From: Dehalococcoidia bacterium
GTDB lineage: Bacteria > Chloroflexota > Dehalococcoidia > Lucifugimonadales > G963668185
NCBI GenBank assembly: GCA_965261935.1
Contig: OZ253485.1
Coordinates: forward strand, 1,304,388 to 1,368,387
Reading direction: 5' to 3'
Length of the DNA: 64,000 nucleotides
Positions within the stretch are counted from its first letter, which is position 1, and every line of letters starts with the position of its first letter. Under the pieces are notes generated by a model, which made no database searches, was not told the origin of the DNA, and was given only the letters and a program-made list of their open reading frames with translations. Below, piece by piece: positions 47,585 through 55,744 of the stretch. A program made the position numbers and the translations under genes.

Positions 47585-47779
47585 ATTAGTGCTAAAGGTC
47601 GTACTGGTAGCGATAGTCGCCGCAACCTCGGTCTGGCCGCTGGCCGCCTTGGCGTTCGACGGCGCTGAAGCCGTGAACGGCACCGCCGGGCGATTCGAGG
47701 TCCTGCTAGCTTATATCGATCCCGGCGCGGGAGGCTTCATTATCGTCACCGTTCTGGGCTTCATTTCTGCCGCCGGGTA
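47577..47779 (+). pseudogene. 5' part of a small signal-peptide/TM protein gene, disrupted by the IS
   Basis: ATG 47577 overlaps the upstream stop (ATGAATAG). Sequence MNRLVLKVVLVAIVAATSVWPLAALA...YIDPGAGGFIIVTVLGFISAAGY is then interrupted at the IS boundary. Confidence 0.6.
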
Positions 47780-49419
47780 TGTCGACGCTCAGCGATTATG
47801 TCCGCCTAAGTGCCAAGGGAAAATGTCCTCTGAGTAGATTGCCATGCTAGCTGATTACGGTACTTCCGACGTTGCGCGAGCGCGCCATGGGTGGGGTTTC
47901 GGCATTCATGTACTTCCTTGCAGTGTCCCGGTGGATGCCCACTTCCCGGGCGATCCCACGGATGGACAGGCCCTTGCGTTTCGCCTTCTGCACCGCCTTC
48001 CATCTCGCCGTCTGTAGTGGGGTGGGCTTTCTGGGTCGCGGAGTCACAGTCCTGCGAACTCTTGCGGCGCCGTTGCGGTCGGCATCGTCGCGGAGTCTGT
48101 CCGCTTCGAGCATTGTGCCCATTGACTCCACTTCGTCCTCCGGCCTCCTGATGACACCGTTGGTGTAGCGGCTGGGACCGGTCGTGTGTACGGTCCGCGT
48201 GCCGAAGCTGCGCAGGATACCTGGTCGCGGAGGCGCTTCCTGGGAGGCGACGATACGCCCTTCGTGTTGCACTGACAGCCGGCCGTCCAGTGCTTCGAGC
48301 ACTTCCACCGCCGACCCGGCAAAGCTCGGTCGAGCCTGATCGGGAAGCAACTGCAGGGTGCGCCAGCGGTACTTCACAGTGTTGTCCCGGCCAACCCGGC
48401 GCCTGTACTTCAGGCATAGGACTGTGTCCAGGCACGTCCCCGGATCCAGGACCCGATACGCGGTGTCTGCGTGTTGCGACGGCACACCAAAACGTTCATT
48501 GAAGCGGGGAAGGAAGTCGTTGAGCACGCGGTTGGCGTCATCGATGGTGGTCGAGCCTGCGAGCCTCAGCTCCGTGACCAACCTGTCCTGAAGTGTGCCC
48601 GCGGCGCGTTCCACTCGGCCTTTGGCTTGCGGCGACCGTGCGAATATCAGCTGTACGCCGATCTCACCCATCGCGCGAGAGAACTGGGTGGGGGCGGAGG
48701 CGGTCTCTGACGGCGGCGTGTGCTTGAAGACGCCATGGCGGTCTGAATAGAGTGCGAGAGGTATGCCGTAGCTCCGTATCAGAATCCGCATCAGCAGTAA
48801 GTAGCTGCGGGTGTTCTCCAACTCGCAGAACAGGGCGTTGACGACACAGCCGGTAGCGTCGTCGACCGCCAGCAGCAACGTGAACTGGGGGCCATCTTCT
48901 CCCAGCCATCTGTGGTAGCTGCCGTCGATCTGTATCAGCATCCCCTCGCGGGCCATCCGCTGCCGTCGAACACGATGCTTCGGCGGCCTTCGACGGCGGG
49001 GGCTGCTCACACCGGCGTCGGTCAGTATCTTGCGCAATGTGTTACGTCCGATGTCTATGCCCTCTCGCTCCCTCAGCAGTTCGCTCAAATGCGTGTGGTT
49101 GACTCCCGCGTATCGGGTCCGCGCCAGGACCACCACGTCGGTCGCCAACGGGTCCGGTGTAGCGTTGGCCGGTCTGCGACCTCGATTGCCGTGAGCGAGT
49201 GCGGCTGCGCCGTCCCTTCTGTAAGCCGCCAGAATACGCCTGGTGTGGCGCGCGCTCACTCCCATCAACGTGGCTGCCTGCTCCGTGGTCATATGGTCCG
49301 CCACCAAACTGTTGAGAACCTGAAGCCTCGTCTGCTCTTTCTGTGTCAATGTCACATGCTCCTTCATGCGGACATTTTCGCTTGACAGTTAGCGAGGACT
49401 TAATCGCTGAGCAACAACA
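47780..49419 (-). mobile_element. Insertion sequence (1640 bp) with about 49-bp imperfect terminal inverted repeats and a 7-bp target-site duplication CCGGGTA
   Basis: Left end is TGTCGACGCTCAGCGATTATGTCC...GAAAATGTCC (47780..47828). The reverse complement of 49370..49419 is TGTTGTTGCTCAGCGATTAAGTCC...GAAAATGTCC. Direct repeats CCGGGTA lie at 47773..47779 and 49420..49426. Confidence 0.85.
47847..49367 (-). CDS. DDE (integrase-core/rve) transposase with N-terminal HTH; family tentatively ISNCY/IS481-like
   Basis: LTQKEQTRLQVLNSLV..TTEQAATLMGVSARHTRRILAAYRRDGAAALAHGNRGRRP; DDE-type IQIDGSYHRW, LYSDRHGVF, AKGRVER. Confidence 0.8.
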   Translation of the reverse strand: MKEHVTLTQKEQTRLQVLNSLVADHMTTEQAATLMGVSARHTRRILAAYRRDGAAALAHGNRGRRPANATPDPLATDVVVLARTRYAGVNHTHLSELLREREGIDIGRNTLRKILTDAGVSSPRRRRPPKHRVRRQRMAREGMLIQIDGSYHRWLGEDGPQFTLLLAVDDATGCVVNALFCELENTRSYLLLMRILIRSYGIPLALYSDRHGVFKHTPPSETASAPTQFSRAMGEIGVQLIFARSPQAKGRVERAAGTLQDRLVTELRLAGSTTIDDANRVLNDFLPRFNERFGVPSQHADTAYRVLDPGTCLDTVLCLKYRRRVGRDNTVKYRWRTLQLLPDQARPSFAGSAVEVLEALDGRLSVQHEGRIVASQEAPPRPGILRSFGTRTVHTTGPSRYTNGVIRRPEDEVESMGTMLEADRLRDDADRNGAARVRRTVTPRPRKPTPLQTARWKAVQKAKRKGLSIRGIAREVGIHRDTARKYMNAETPPMARSRNVGSTVIS

Positions 49420-49426
49420 CCGGGTA

Positions 49427-49517
49427 CATGGCAAGATCGTACCTGGCCCGTCTCAAGTCAATGGTGTTCAGGGGCGGCGCGTCGGCACGGGAGCGCAAGA
49501 GCGGCGAAGGACACTAA
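49427..49517 (+). pseudogene. 3' part of the IS-disrupted small membrane protein gene
   Basis: After removing the IS and one TSD copy the frame continues ...AAGY-MARSYLARLKSMVFRGGASARERKSGEGH-TAA. The stop lies 15 nt before the methyltransferase ATG. Confidence 0.55.
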
Positions 49518-49531
49518 CGGCGGCGACGCAT

Positions 49532-50965
49532 ATGTTGAGAGCGGACGGCGGGTCATTCAGGGATCCGTCAGGTCGTGTGTACCTGTTTGAAGATGAGGCT
49601 GGCGGGCGTCGCGTGGTCCGCGGCTTGTCAGCCGCCACAGCGTCGACGGTCGACCGACTGTTGCGCGAGCCGTTCTTCAAGCAACTCGTGGCGGGTGGCG
49701 ACGTCGTTGAGACACACCTCCTTCGTACAGAGGATCCCGTACTCGACGCCGTAACTAACGAGGGCTGGTCGGCAGCAGTCGAGCACGAGGCCGTGGACTT
49801 CCCAACGTGGCCCTATGAATGGCCCTTCTCCATGCTCCAGGATGCCGCTCTCCTGCAACTGGACTTGCTGGTCGCGGCCGTTGGCAACGGATGGACACTC
49901 AAGGACGCCACCCCGTACAACATCCAATGGTCAGGTATGCGGCCGGTGTTCATAGACATTCCCTCCTTCGTTCCACGCGACGATGGCGAGTACTGGCAGG
50001 GCTATCGGCAGTTCTGTTCGATGTTTCTCACCCCGCTCATGCTGACGGCCCATCTTGGGATCCCGTTTCATCCTCTGCTGCGCTCCTGTTTGGAAGGCAT
50101 TCCGCCGGAAGAAGCCGCAAAGTACTTCCACGGGCTGCGCCGGCTAAAGCGAGGTGTGCCGTCGCATATCTGGTTTCCGGCGATCGTTGAGAAGCGAATG
50201 CAGCGTCGGTCCGGACCAGGATCCTCTCCACGGTCCAAGCGCAGACAGTCCGAGACGGCGCTTTTGGCCCTCCTAGACGACCTCAAACGGCTGGTGGGCG
50301 GCCTGAAGCTTCGTACTAGAGGAACTTCGGACTGGGCCCGGTACTCCGATACACATTCGTACCAGGACGATGATTTCGGCAGGAAGATCGCATTCGTCGA
50401 AAAGCACACGTCGGCGCGCCGTCCGCGGCTCTTGTGGGATCTGGGCGCGAACACCGGGGCATTCTCCGGCGTTGCGGCAAGGCACTCAGCGACAGTAGTC
50501 GCGGTGGACAGCGATCACCATGCTGTGGACATTCTTTACCATGAGGCCCGAAACAGAGGCGAAGAGAACATCATTCCGCTGGTGATGGACTTGGCCAACA
50601 TGTCGCCCGGCCAGGGCTGGGCGGGGCGGGAACGCGCCGCGTTCGAAGCCAGGCGGAGCCCCGACATGGTGCTTTGTCTTGCTCTGATACACCACCTCCG
50701 CGTCTCAGCAAACATTCCGATTGCGTTGTTCGTAGAGTGGCTGCGCAGCTTGGACGCCCCCGCCATCATTGAGTTCGTCAGCCGGGATGACGAAATGTTC
50801 GTCAAGCTCGTGCAACACAAGAGCGAGGACTACCCCGACTACACGTTCGAGCACTTCCAGTCGGCTGTCGGAAAGCACTTCACGGTTGAAGACAGGATTG
50901 CGCTCAAGGGAGGAAAGCGTGAGTTGCTCCTAATTCAGCCTAGGAGTTCGACGTGTATAGGGTAG
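49532..50965 (+). CDS. Class I SAM-dependent methyltransferase with a large N-terminal extension
   Basis: N-terminus SFRDPSGRVY...; SAM-binding motif LLWDLGANTGAFSGVAA...VVAVDSD; LALIHHL. The upstream part of ORF 49343 runs through the IS end and is rejected. Confidence 0.7.
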   Translation: MLRADGGSFRDPSGRVYLFEDEAGGRRVVRGLSAATASTVDRLLREPFFKQLVAGGDVVETHLLRTEDPVLDAVTNEGWSAAVEHEAVDFPTWPYEWPFSMLQDAALLQLDLLVAAVGNGWTLKDATPYNIQWSGMRPVFIDIPSFVPRDDGEYWQGYRQFCSMFLTPLMLTAHLGIPFHPLLRSCLEGIPPEEAAKYFHGLRRLKRGVPSHIWFPAIVEKRMQRRSGPGSSPRSKRRQSETALLALLDDLKRLVGGLKLRTRGTSDWARYSDTHSYQDDDFGRKIAFVEKHTSARRPRLLWDLGANTGAFSGVAARHSATVVAVDSDHHAVDILYHEARNRGEENIIPLVMDLANMSPGQGWAGRERAAFEARRSPDMVLCLALIHHLRVSANIPIALFVEWLRSLDAPAIIEFVSRDDEMFVKLVQHKSEDYPDYTFEHFQSAVGKHFTVEDRIALKGGKRELLLIQPRSSTCIG

Positions 50966-51085
50966 CCTGGCAGACTTGGGCCTTGGCTCATATGTCGCCG
51001 GCCTGTCGCGAAACCCTTGATGCCTTCGCTGTCTCGCTCATACGATGAGCGCAATGACGGACCACGAAAGAGGGCAGGGGCCTTA

Positions 51086-51451
51086 ATGAAAGAAGCCGAC
51101 TTCTACTGGTATCGCAAATGAAGCGCCTGTAGAGAACTAAGAGCGTTGCTCTTGGAAGGCGGTGTCCGGCTGAACGAGCGCGAATATTTTCGCGATCACT
51201 TCACCGAGAACGAACTGCGTCAAACACTCGCCGGTCGGCACGCCTCCGAGATCTTCTCCCGGCGCAGTCCCAGCTTCCGAAAACTCGGGCTCGACTTCGA
51301 GTCGCTCTCGGGCGATGATCTGATACGACTGATGGTCGAAGAGCCTCGCCTCATCAAACGCCCCCTAGTACGATGGGGTGAGAGCCTCATAGCGGGAAGC
51401 GGAAAAGCTGAACGTGGCGCGATCCAGGCGGCACTGAGAGACGCAGACTGA
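51086..51451 (+). CDS. ArsC/Spx/YffB-family thiol-type reductase; candidate selenoprotein (UGA at 51119..51121 giving a U-S-A-C motif)
   Basis: ATG 51086 (after AGAGGGCAGGGG), then MKEADFYWYRK-TGA-SACRELRALLLEGGV..., in frame with ORF 51146..51451. LIKRPLV motif present. A hairpin lies downstream of the TGA. Confidence 0.6.
51137..51155 (+). promoter_or_regulatory. SECIS-like stem-loop downstream of the in-frame UGA
   Basis: CUAAGAGC-GUU-GCUCUUGG: 8 bp including one G-U pair. The apical loop begins 23 nt after the UGA and has G in its first position. Confidence 0.45.
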
Positions 51452-51478
51452 ATCGAAGTTAAACAGCGGAGGGCCAGC

Positions 51479-52234
51479 ATGGCGACCACCGAAAAGACTC
51501 TATGGACAGACGAGCAGGTGAGGCAGGAAGTACGAGAGCACTATGGCGCCTTGGCCCGCCGATCGACCGCCTGCTGCGAAGACGCAGAGGCGGAGGTCGC
51601 CGGGTCCCTGTACGACCAGCGTCAGACCGAAGGCCTGCCGGCCGAGGCCCTGCAGGCCGCCGCGGGATGCGGTAACCCCACGGCGTTGGGGTCCTTGCGG
51701 CCGGGCGAAACCGTCGTAGACTTCGGCAGTGGCGGCGGAATCGACTGCTTCATGGCGTCGCGCGCCGTCGGTCCCACCGGTCGGGTGATCGGCATAGACA
51801 TGACCCAGGACATGATCGACCTCGCCCGCAGCAATGCACAGAAGCTTGGCGTCCGCAACACCGAGTTTCACCTCGCTGTTATGGAAAACACCCCCTTGGA
51901 GAGTTCCACAGTAGACGTGATCATCTCCAACTGCGTCATCTGCCTCGCTCCGGACAAAGACGCCGTCTTCCGGGAGGCCTACCGCATTCTGAAGCCCGGC
52001 GGCAGGCTGTATGTATCGGATATGGTGTTGGCCCAGCCACTCCCGTCAGACTTCGCGCCCAGCTCCGAGAGTTGGGTGTCTTGCGCCGGAGGCGCCGAGG
52101 ACAGGACCGTCTATCAGAAGCGGCTTGCCAACGCTGGTTTCGAAAGGCTCGACGCCATATCCGAAGTCCCCTACGAGGACGACGACATACCGAATCTCTA
52201 CAGCTACAGCTACGTGGCCTACAAGCCGGAGTAG
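51479..52234 (+). CDS. arsM: Arsenite S-adenosylmethionine methyltransferase
   Basis: HYGALA...ACCE, AAGCGNPTA, VVDFGSGGGID, ISNCVICLAPDK: the conserved Cys set and SAM motif of ArsM. Confidence 0.8.
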   Translation: MATTEKTLWTDEQVRQEVREHYGALARRSTACCEDAEAEVAGSLYDQRQTEGLPAEALQAAAGCGNPTALGSLRPGETVVDFGSGGGIDCFMASRAVGPTGRVIGIDMTQDMIDLARSNAQKLGVRNTEFHLAVMENTPLESSTVDVIISNCVICLAPDKDAVFREAYRILKPGGRLYVSDMVLAQPLPSDFAPSSESWVSCAGGAEDRTVYQKRLANAGFERLDAISEVPYEDDDIPNLYSYSYVAYKPE

Positions 52235-52264
52235 CGCGCGAGGCGGATCGCGAGGCGGATCGGG

Positions 52265-52822
52265 CTAGGCCGCGACAGCAGACCTGTCGGCTATGTCCTG
52301 GCTGAGCCTGTCCATCCCGTGTCGGACCTGGCCTAACGCGTTGGACAGTTCCTCCTCCAACTGCGAAAGAACTTCTTGGGCGTATTGATCGGCACCCTCG
52401 CGCTTCTTGGACGCCTGCTTCTCCAGTTCGTTGGCCATGCGGTAAGCCTTCTCTTGGGCTTGATTGTTGGTCCGCTGGGCATCGTGGACCGCATCTTCGC
52501 GAATCGAGTCTGCCTTGGTTTCGGCGGCCTTAATGATCTCGGCCTCGTTCACCTTGGAAAGGTACTCTACCTGGGCTTCCTGCTTTACTGCGGCCGCTTC
52601 TTGAGATGCCGTGGCCTTGATCCGGCGCGCCTCTAGGTTAGCCTGGTTGATGATGCTGTCCTTCTGACGGATTACCTCTTGGGCTTCCATTACCTCGGCG
52701 GGCGCCGATGTCCTCAAGCCTTGGGCGTGAGACATCATCTGGTCGATGTCTACCATCACCTTGTTCTTGAAGCCGGGCACCCTTGTTCCCGTGTTCACCA
52801 TGTCGTCCAGTGCGTCCGCCAA
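52265..52822 (-). CDS. Coiled-coil protein (ATP-synthase-b-like/DivIVA-like helical repeat), function unknown
   Basis: 185 aa, Ala/Glu/Gln/Lys-rich heptad-like sequence. It lies downstream of coaD on the same strand. Confidence 0.55.
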   Translation of the reverse strand: MADALDDMVNTGTRVPGFKNKVMVDIDQMMSHAQGLRTSAPAEVMEAQEVIRQKDSIINQANLEARRIKATASQEAAAVKQEAQVEYLSKVNEAEIIKAAETKADSIREDAVHDAQRTNNQAQEKAYRMANELEKQASKKREGADQYAQEVLSQLEEELSNALGQVRHGMDRLSQDIADRSAVAA

Positions 52823-52857
52823 TGTTTGAGTATTGATAGTTGGCCTCCTTTCCGAGC

Positions 52858-53343
52858 CTATCCCTGTTTTGCGAATCTGTTGGCGAGGGCTTCAGCCACG
52901 TGCTCGGGCACGAAGCCGCCTATCTCGCCTCCTAACTCTGCCACTTCTTTGATTCTGCTGGAGTGGAGGAACAGGAACTCCAACGTGCTCATAGTGCAGA
53001 CCACGTCAATGTCCGGCGCCAACGATCTCCACATTTGGGCCATCTCGAACTCTGTCTCAAAGTCGAAACCGGCCCTGAGTCCTCGTACTATGAAAGCTGC
53101 ACCTGCCTCACGTGCGAAGTCGACTGCTAGCCCCGCGAACGAGTTCACCTCCACGTTCGATAGGTCGGAAGTCGCCTGGCGCGCCAGCTCCGTGCGCTCC
53201 TCCGTAGTGAAGAGCAGCCGTTTCGGCGGCGCGTCGTAGACGCCCACAATCAGCCGGTCGAACACTTTCGAGCCACGCTTGATCACGTCCACATGGCCGT
53301 TGTGAATTGGGTCGAAGCTTCCCGGATATACGGCGCTAGCCAT
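52858..53343 (-). CDS. coaD: Pantetheine-phosphate adenylyltransferase
   Basis: AVYPGSFDPIHNGHVDVI motif. It overlaps the rsmD stop by 8 nt. Confidence 0.9.
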   Translation of the reverse strand: MASAVYPGSFDPIHNGHVDVIKRGSKVFDRLIVGVYDAPPKRLLFTTEERTELARQATSDLSNVEVNSFAGLAVDFAREAGAAFIVRGLRAGFDFETEFEMAQMWRSLAPDIDVVCTMSTLEFLFLHSSRIKEVAELGGEIGGFVPEHVAEALANRFAKQG

Positions 53344-53899
53344 CTCCACACTCCATGTAGAAGGAAATTGCCGCATCCCCGTAGTTACGGTCCTGTTGCC
53401 TCACAAGCCCACCGTATCTTTCACCTAGCTCCCGTCTCTTCGGACGTTCGATTATTAACATGCCGCCGCTGGCCAGCAACGTACTCTTGGACGCCCGTTC
53501 CATGAGTCCGTCCCAATCCTCCATGCCGAATGGCGGGTCCGCGAACACTATGTCGTAAGGCCCCTCGAGCCTGGACAGCGCTCGTTCCACCTTCATCCAG
53601 TACACGCGCGCCGCTGCGTCCGGCGCCAATTCCCGCAGACTCTCCTCTATCGCCCCGGCCCTGCGCCGGTCAGACTCCACAAAGTCAGTTTGGTCGGCTC
53701 CCCTGCTGAGCGCCTCGATCCCTATTGCCCCGGAGCCGGCGTACAGGTCCAGTACCTTGGCGCCAACTAACTGTTCCGCGCCCAGGACGGAGAACATCGC
53801 CATGCGAACGCGTTCCATCATCGGCCGCAATCCGCGAGCATATGGCGTCCGTATTCGGCGGCCTTTCAGTCTCCCACCGGTGATCCGTAACACCGCCAC
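53336..53899 (-). CDS. rsmD: 16S rRNA (guanine966-N2)-methyltransferase
   Basis: RITGGRLKGRRI, LDLYAGSGAIGIEALSRGA, FADPPF. Confidence 0.85.
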   Translation of the reverse strand: MAVLRITGGRLKGRRIRTPYARGLRPMMERVRMAMFSVLGAEQLVGAKVLDLYAGSGAIGIEALSRGADQTDFVESDRRRAGAIEESLRELAPDAAARVYWMKVERALSRLEGPYDIVFADPPFGMEDWDGLMERASKSTLLASGGMLIIERPKRRELGERYGGLVRQQDRNYGDAAISFYMECGDG

Positions 53900-54027
53900 T
53901 TTCCTTGTACGGCCTGCATGAGGTGCACTCGTCGGAGCGTGCTAGGAATCCTATGCACAACCTCTTAGATCGGTAAAGGGAGTTTTTGACTGTGTTTAGA
54001 CAAGTCCAAGAAATGGATGGACGTTTG

Positions 54028-54056
54028 TTGACCGTCATTTTGACCGTACCTATAAT
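54028..54056 (+). promoter_or_regulatory. Near-consensus sigma-70 promoter TTGACC-N17-TATAAT
   Basis: -35 at 54028..54033, -10 at 54051..54056, about 50 nt upstream of ATG 54108, which follows AAGGAG. Confidence 0.6.
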
Positions 54057-54107
54057 CCAATGACCCGTTCAGCCCGACCATACACATACTTGGTTAAGGA
54101 GCCTCTA

Positions 54108-55667
54108 ATGTCCCAGAATCAATACGACGCCATCGTAATCGGAGCAGGCCACAACGGCCTCGTCACCGCTGCGTACCTTGCCAGAGACGGCCTTTCCGTG
54201 CTTGTCCTGGAAAGGCTCGACCGCATTGGCGGCGCCTGTACCACGGACGAAGTCTTCCCCAGGTTCAACGGCCCCTTCTGTTCTTACAACTGCCACGCTC
54301 TGCAGGGCAAGGTGATTGACGAACTGAAGCTCAGGGAACACGGCTTTGACATCATCAAGCCGGGGAGAGACGTTAGCAGCGGTGCGAGGTTCACCCCCTT
54401 CTTGGATGGCGGATACATCGGAGGGCCTGAAGCAAAGGACTACATCGCAGTCGCCCGGCAGATCGGCGACCTCTGTGAGCACGACGGGCGCGCCTACCTT
54501 GAGTGGCAGAACTTCTGGGACCAGGCGGCCGCTATCCTGGTGCCGCATCTCCTGACAGAGCCACCCACACTGGCCGAACTCGTGGAAGGCGTCCGGGGCA
54601 CGGCCAACGAAGCAGTCCTCGAGAAGATGATCACCTGGGGTCTCACGGATCTGGCAGACTACTATTTTGACGACGACAGGATAAAGGGCGCACTAATGGG
54701 CTCGCCGGAGTGCGATCCGCGGCATCCTGGCAGCATAATGAGCAACGCCATGCTGAGGGCAATCAGCCGCAATGCCCGGGAGCAGGACCAGGGCATACCC
54801 CGTCGCAGCATGAGCAACATTACCGACGCCATCGCGTCAGCCGCTAGGAGCCACGGCGCGGAGGTCCGCACCGGCGCGCCGGTCGCCGATGTGCTAGTGG
54901 AGAATGGTGAGGCTAGGGGCGTCCGCCTGGCCAACGGCGAAGAGATCTTCGCCTTTATGGTCATCTCAAACGCGGATCCCAAGCGGACCTTTAACTCCTT
55001 CTTCAAGCCTGAGGAGATAGGGGAGTCCACGCTGGACCAGGTGAACAGGTGGAAGACGCAGGCGGGATGCGTGAAGTTCTTGGCCGCCATCAATGGCCTG
55101 CCGGACTATTCCGCCTACTTCGGCGAAGGTTACAACGCCGAAGAGGTCGTCTACACGGCCATCCGGCCCTCCAAGGACTATGTTGTCCAGTCGTGGATGG
55201 ACGCGGCAGCCGGCCGCCCTACGAGCTGCCCGGTAATGTCGATTCAGATCACATCGCTTGCTGACCCTAGCCTGACACCTGCTGGCCAGCACTATCTCTC
55301 GAACTGGGTACTTTACTATCCGCCCAAGCCGGCAGAAGGCATTTGGGAAGACTACCGGGAGGAGATCGGCGACAAGATGATTGAAACCATCTCCCAGTTC
55401 GCCCCCAACTTCCAGGATATCCTGATCGACTACCTCGTCCAGACTCCGGCAGACTTGGAGGCCCGCGTTGGGCTGACCGACGGCAATATCCGGCACTTGG
55501 ACATGATCCCGCAACAGTTGCTGTCCCAGCGCCAGTCGTACAGGACACCGGTCCGCAACTTCTACATGTGTGGTGCCGGCACCCACCCCTCAGGCGAAGT
55601 CACAGGCGCGCCGGGCCACAACGCCGCCCACGCAATCCTGCGTGACCTGGAGCGCGTAGCAGTGTAG
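54108..55667 (+). CDS. Phytoene-desaturase-family NAD(P)/FAD-dependent oxidoreductase
   Basis: YDAIVIGAGHNGLVTAAYLARDGLSVLVLER..IGG, and C-terminal GAGTHPSGEVTGAPG. Confidence 0.75.
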   Translation: MSQNQYDAIVIGAGHNGLVTAAYLARDGLSVLVLERLDRIGGACTTDEVFPRFNGPFCSYNCHALQGKVIDELKLREHGFDIIKPGRDVSSGARFTPFLDGGYIGGPEAKDYIAVARQIGDLCEHDGRAYLEWQNFWDQAAAILVPHLLTEPPTLAELVEGVRGTANEAVLEKMITWGLTDLADYYFDDDRIKGALMGSPECDPRHPGSIMSNAMLRAISRNAREQDQGIPRRSMSNITDAIASAARSHGAEVRTGAPVADVLVENGEARGVRLANGEEIFAFMVISNADPKRTFNSFFKPEEIGESTLDQVNRWKTQAGCVKFLAAINGLPDYSAYFGEGYNAEEVVYTAIRPSKDYVVQSWMDAAAGRPTSCPVMSIQITSLADPSLTPAGQHYLSNWVLYYPPKPAEGIWEDYREEIGDKMIETISQFAPNFQDILIDYLVQTPADLEARVGLTDGNIRHLDMIPQQLLSQRQSYRTPVRNFYMCGAGTHPSGEVTGAPGHNAAHAILRDLERVAV

Positions 55668-55744
55668 GGGCGGGGCAATTGGCAATTAGCTAGAAAGAGT
55701 CACCAAACGAGACGGCCATTGCGCAGGTCTTTACTGCGTGCTCT

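Noticed and set aside
49343-49531. 5' extension of the methyltransferase ORF reaching into the IS
   Set aside because: It reads across the IS terminal repeat and the target duplication. The conserved N-terminus (FRDPSG) starts right after ATG 49532, and the other frame here is the 3' end of the IS-split small gene.
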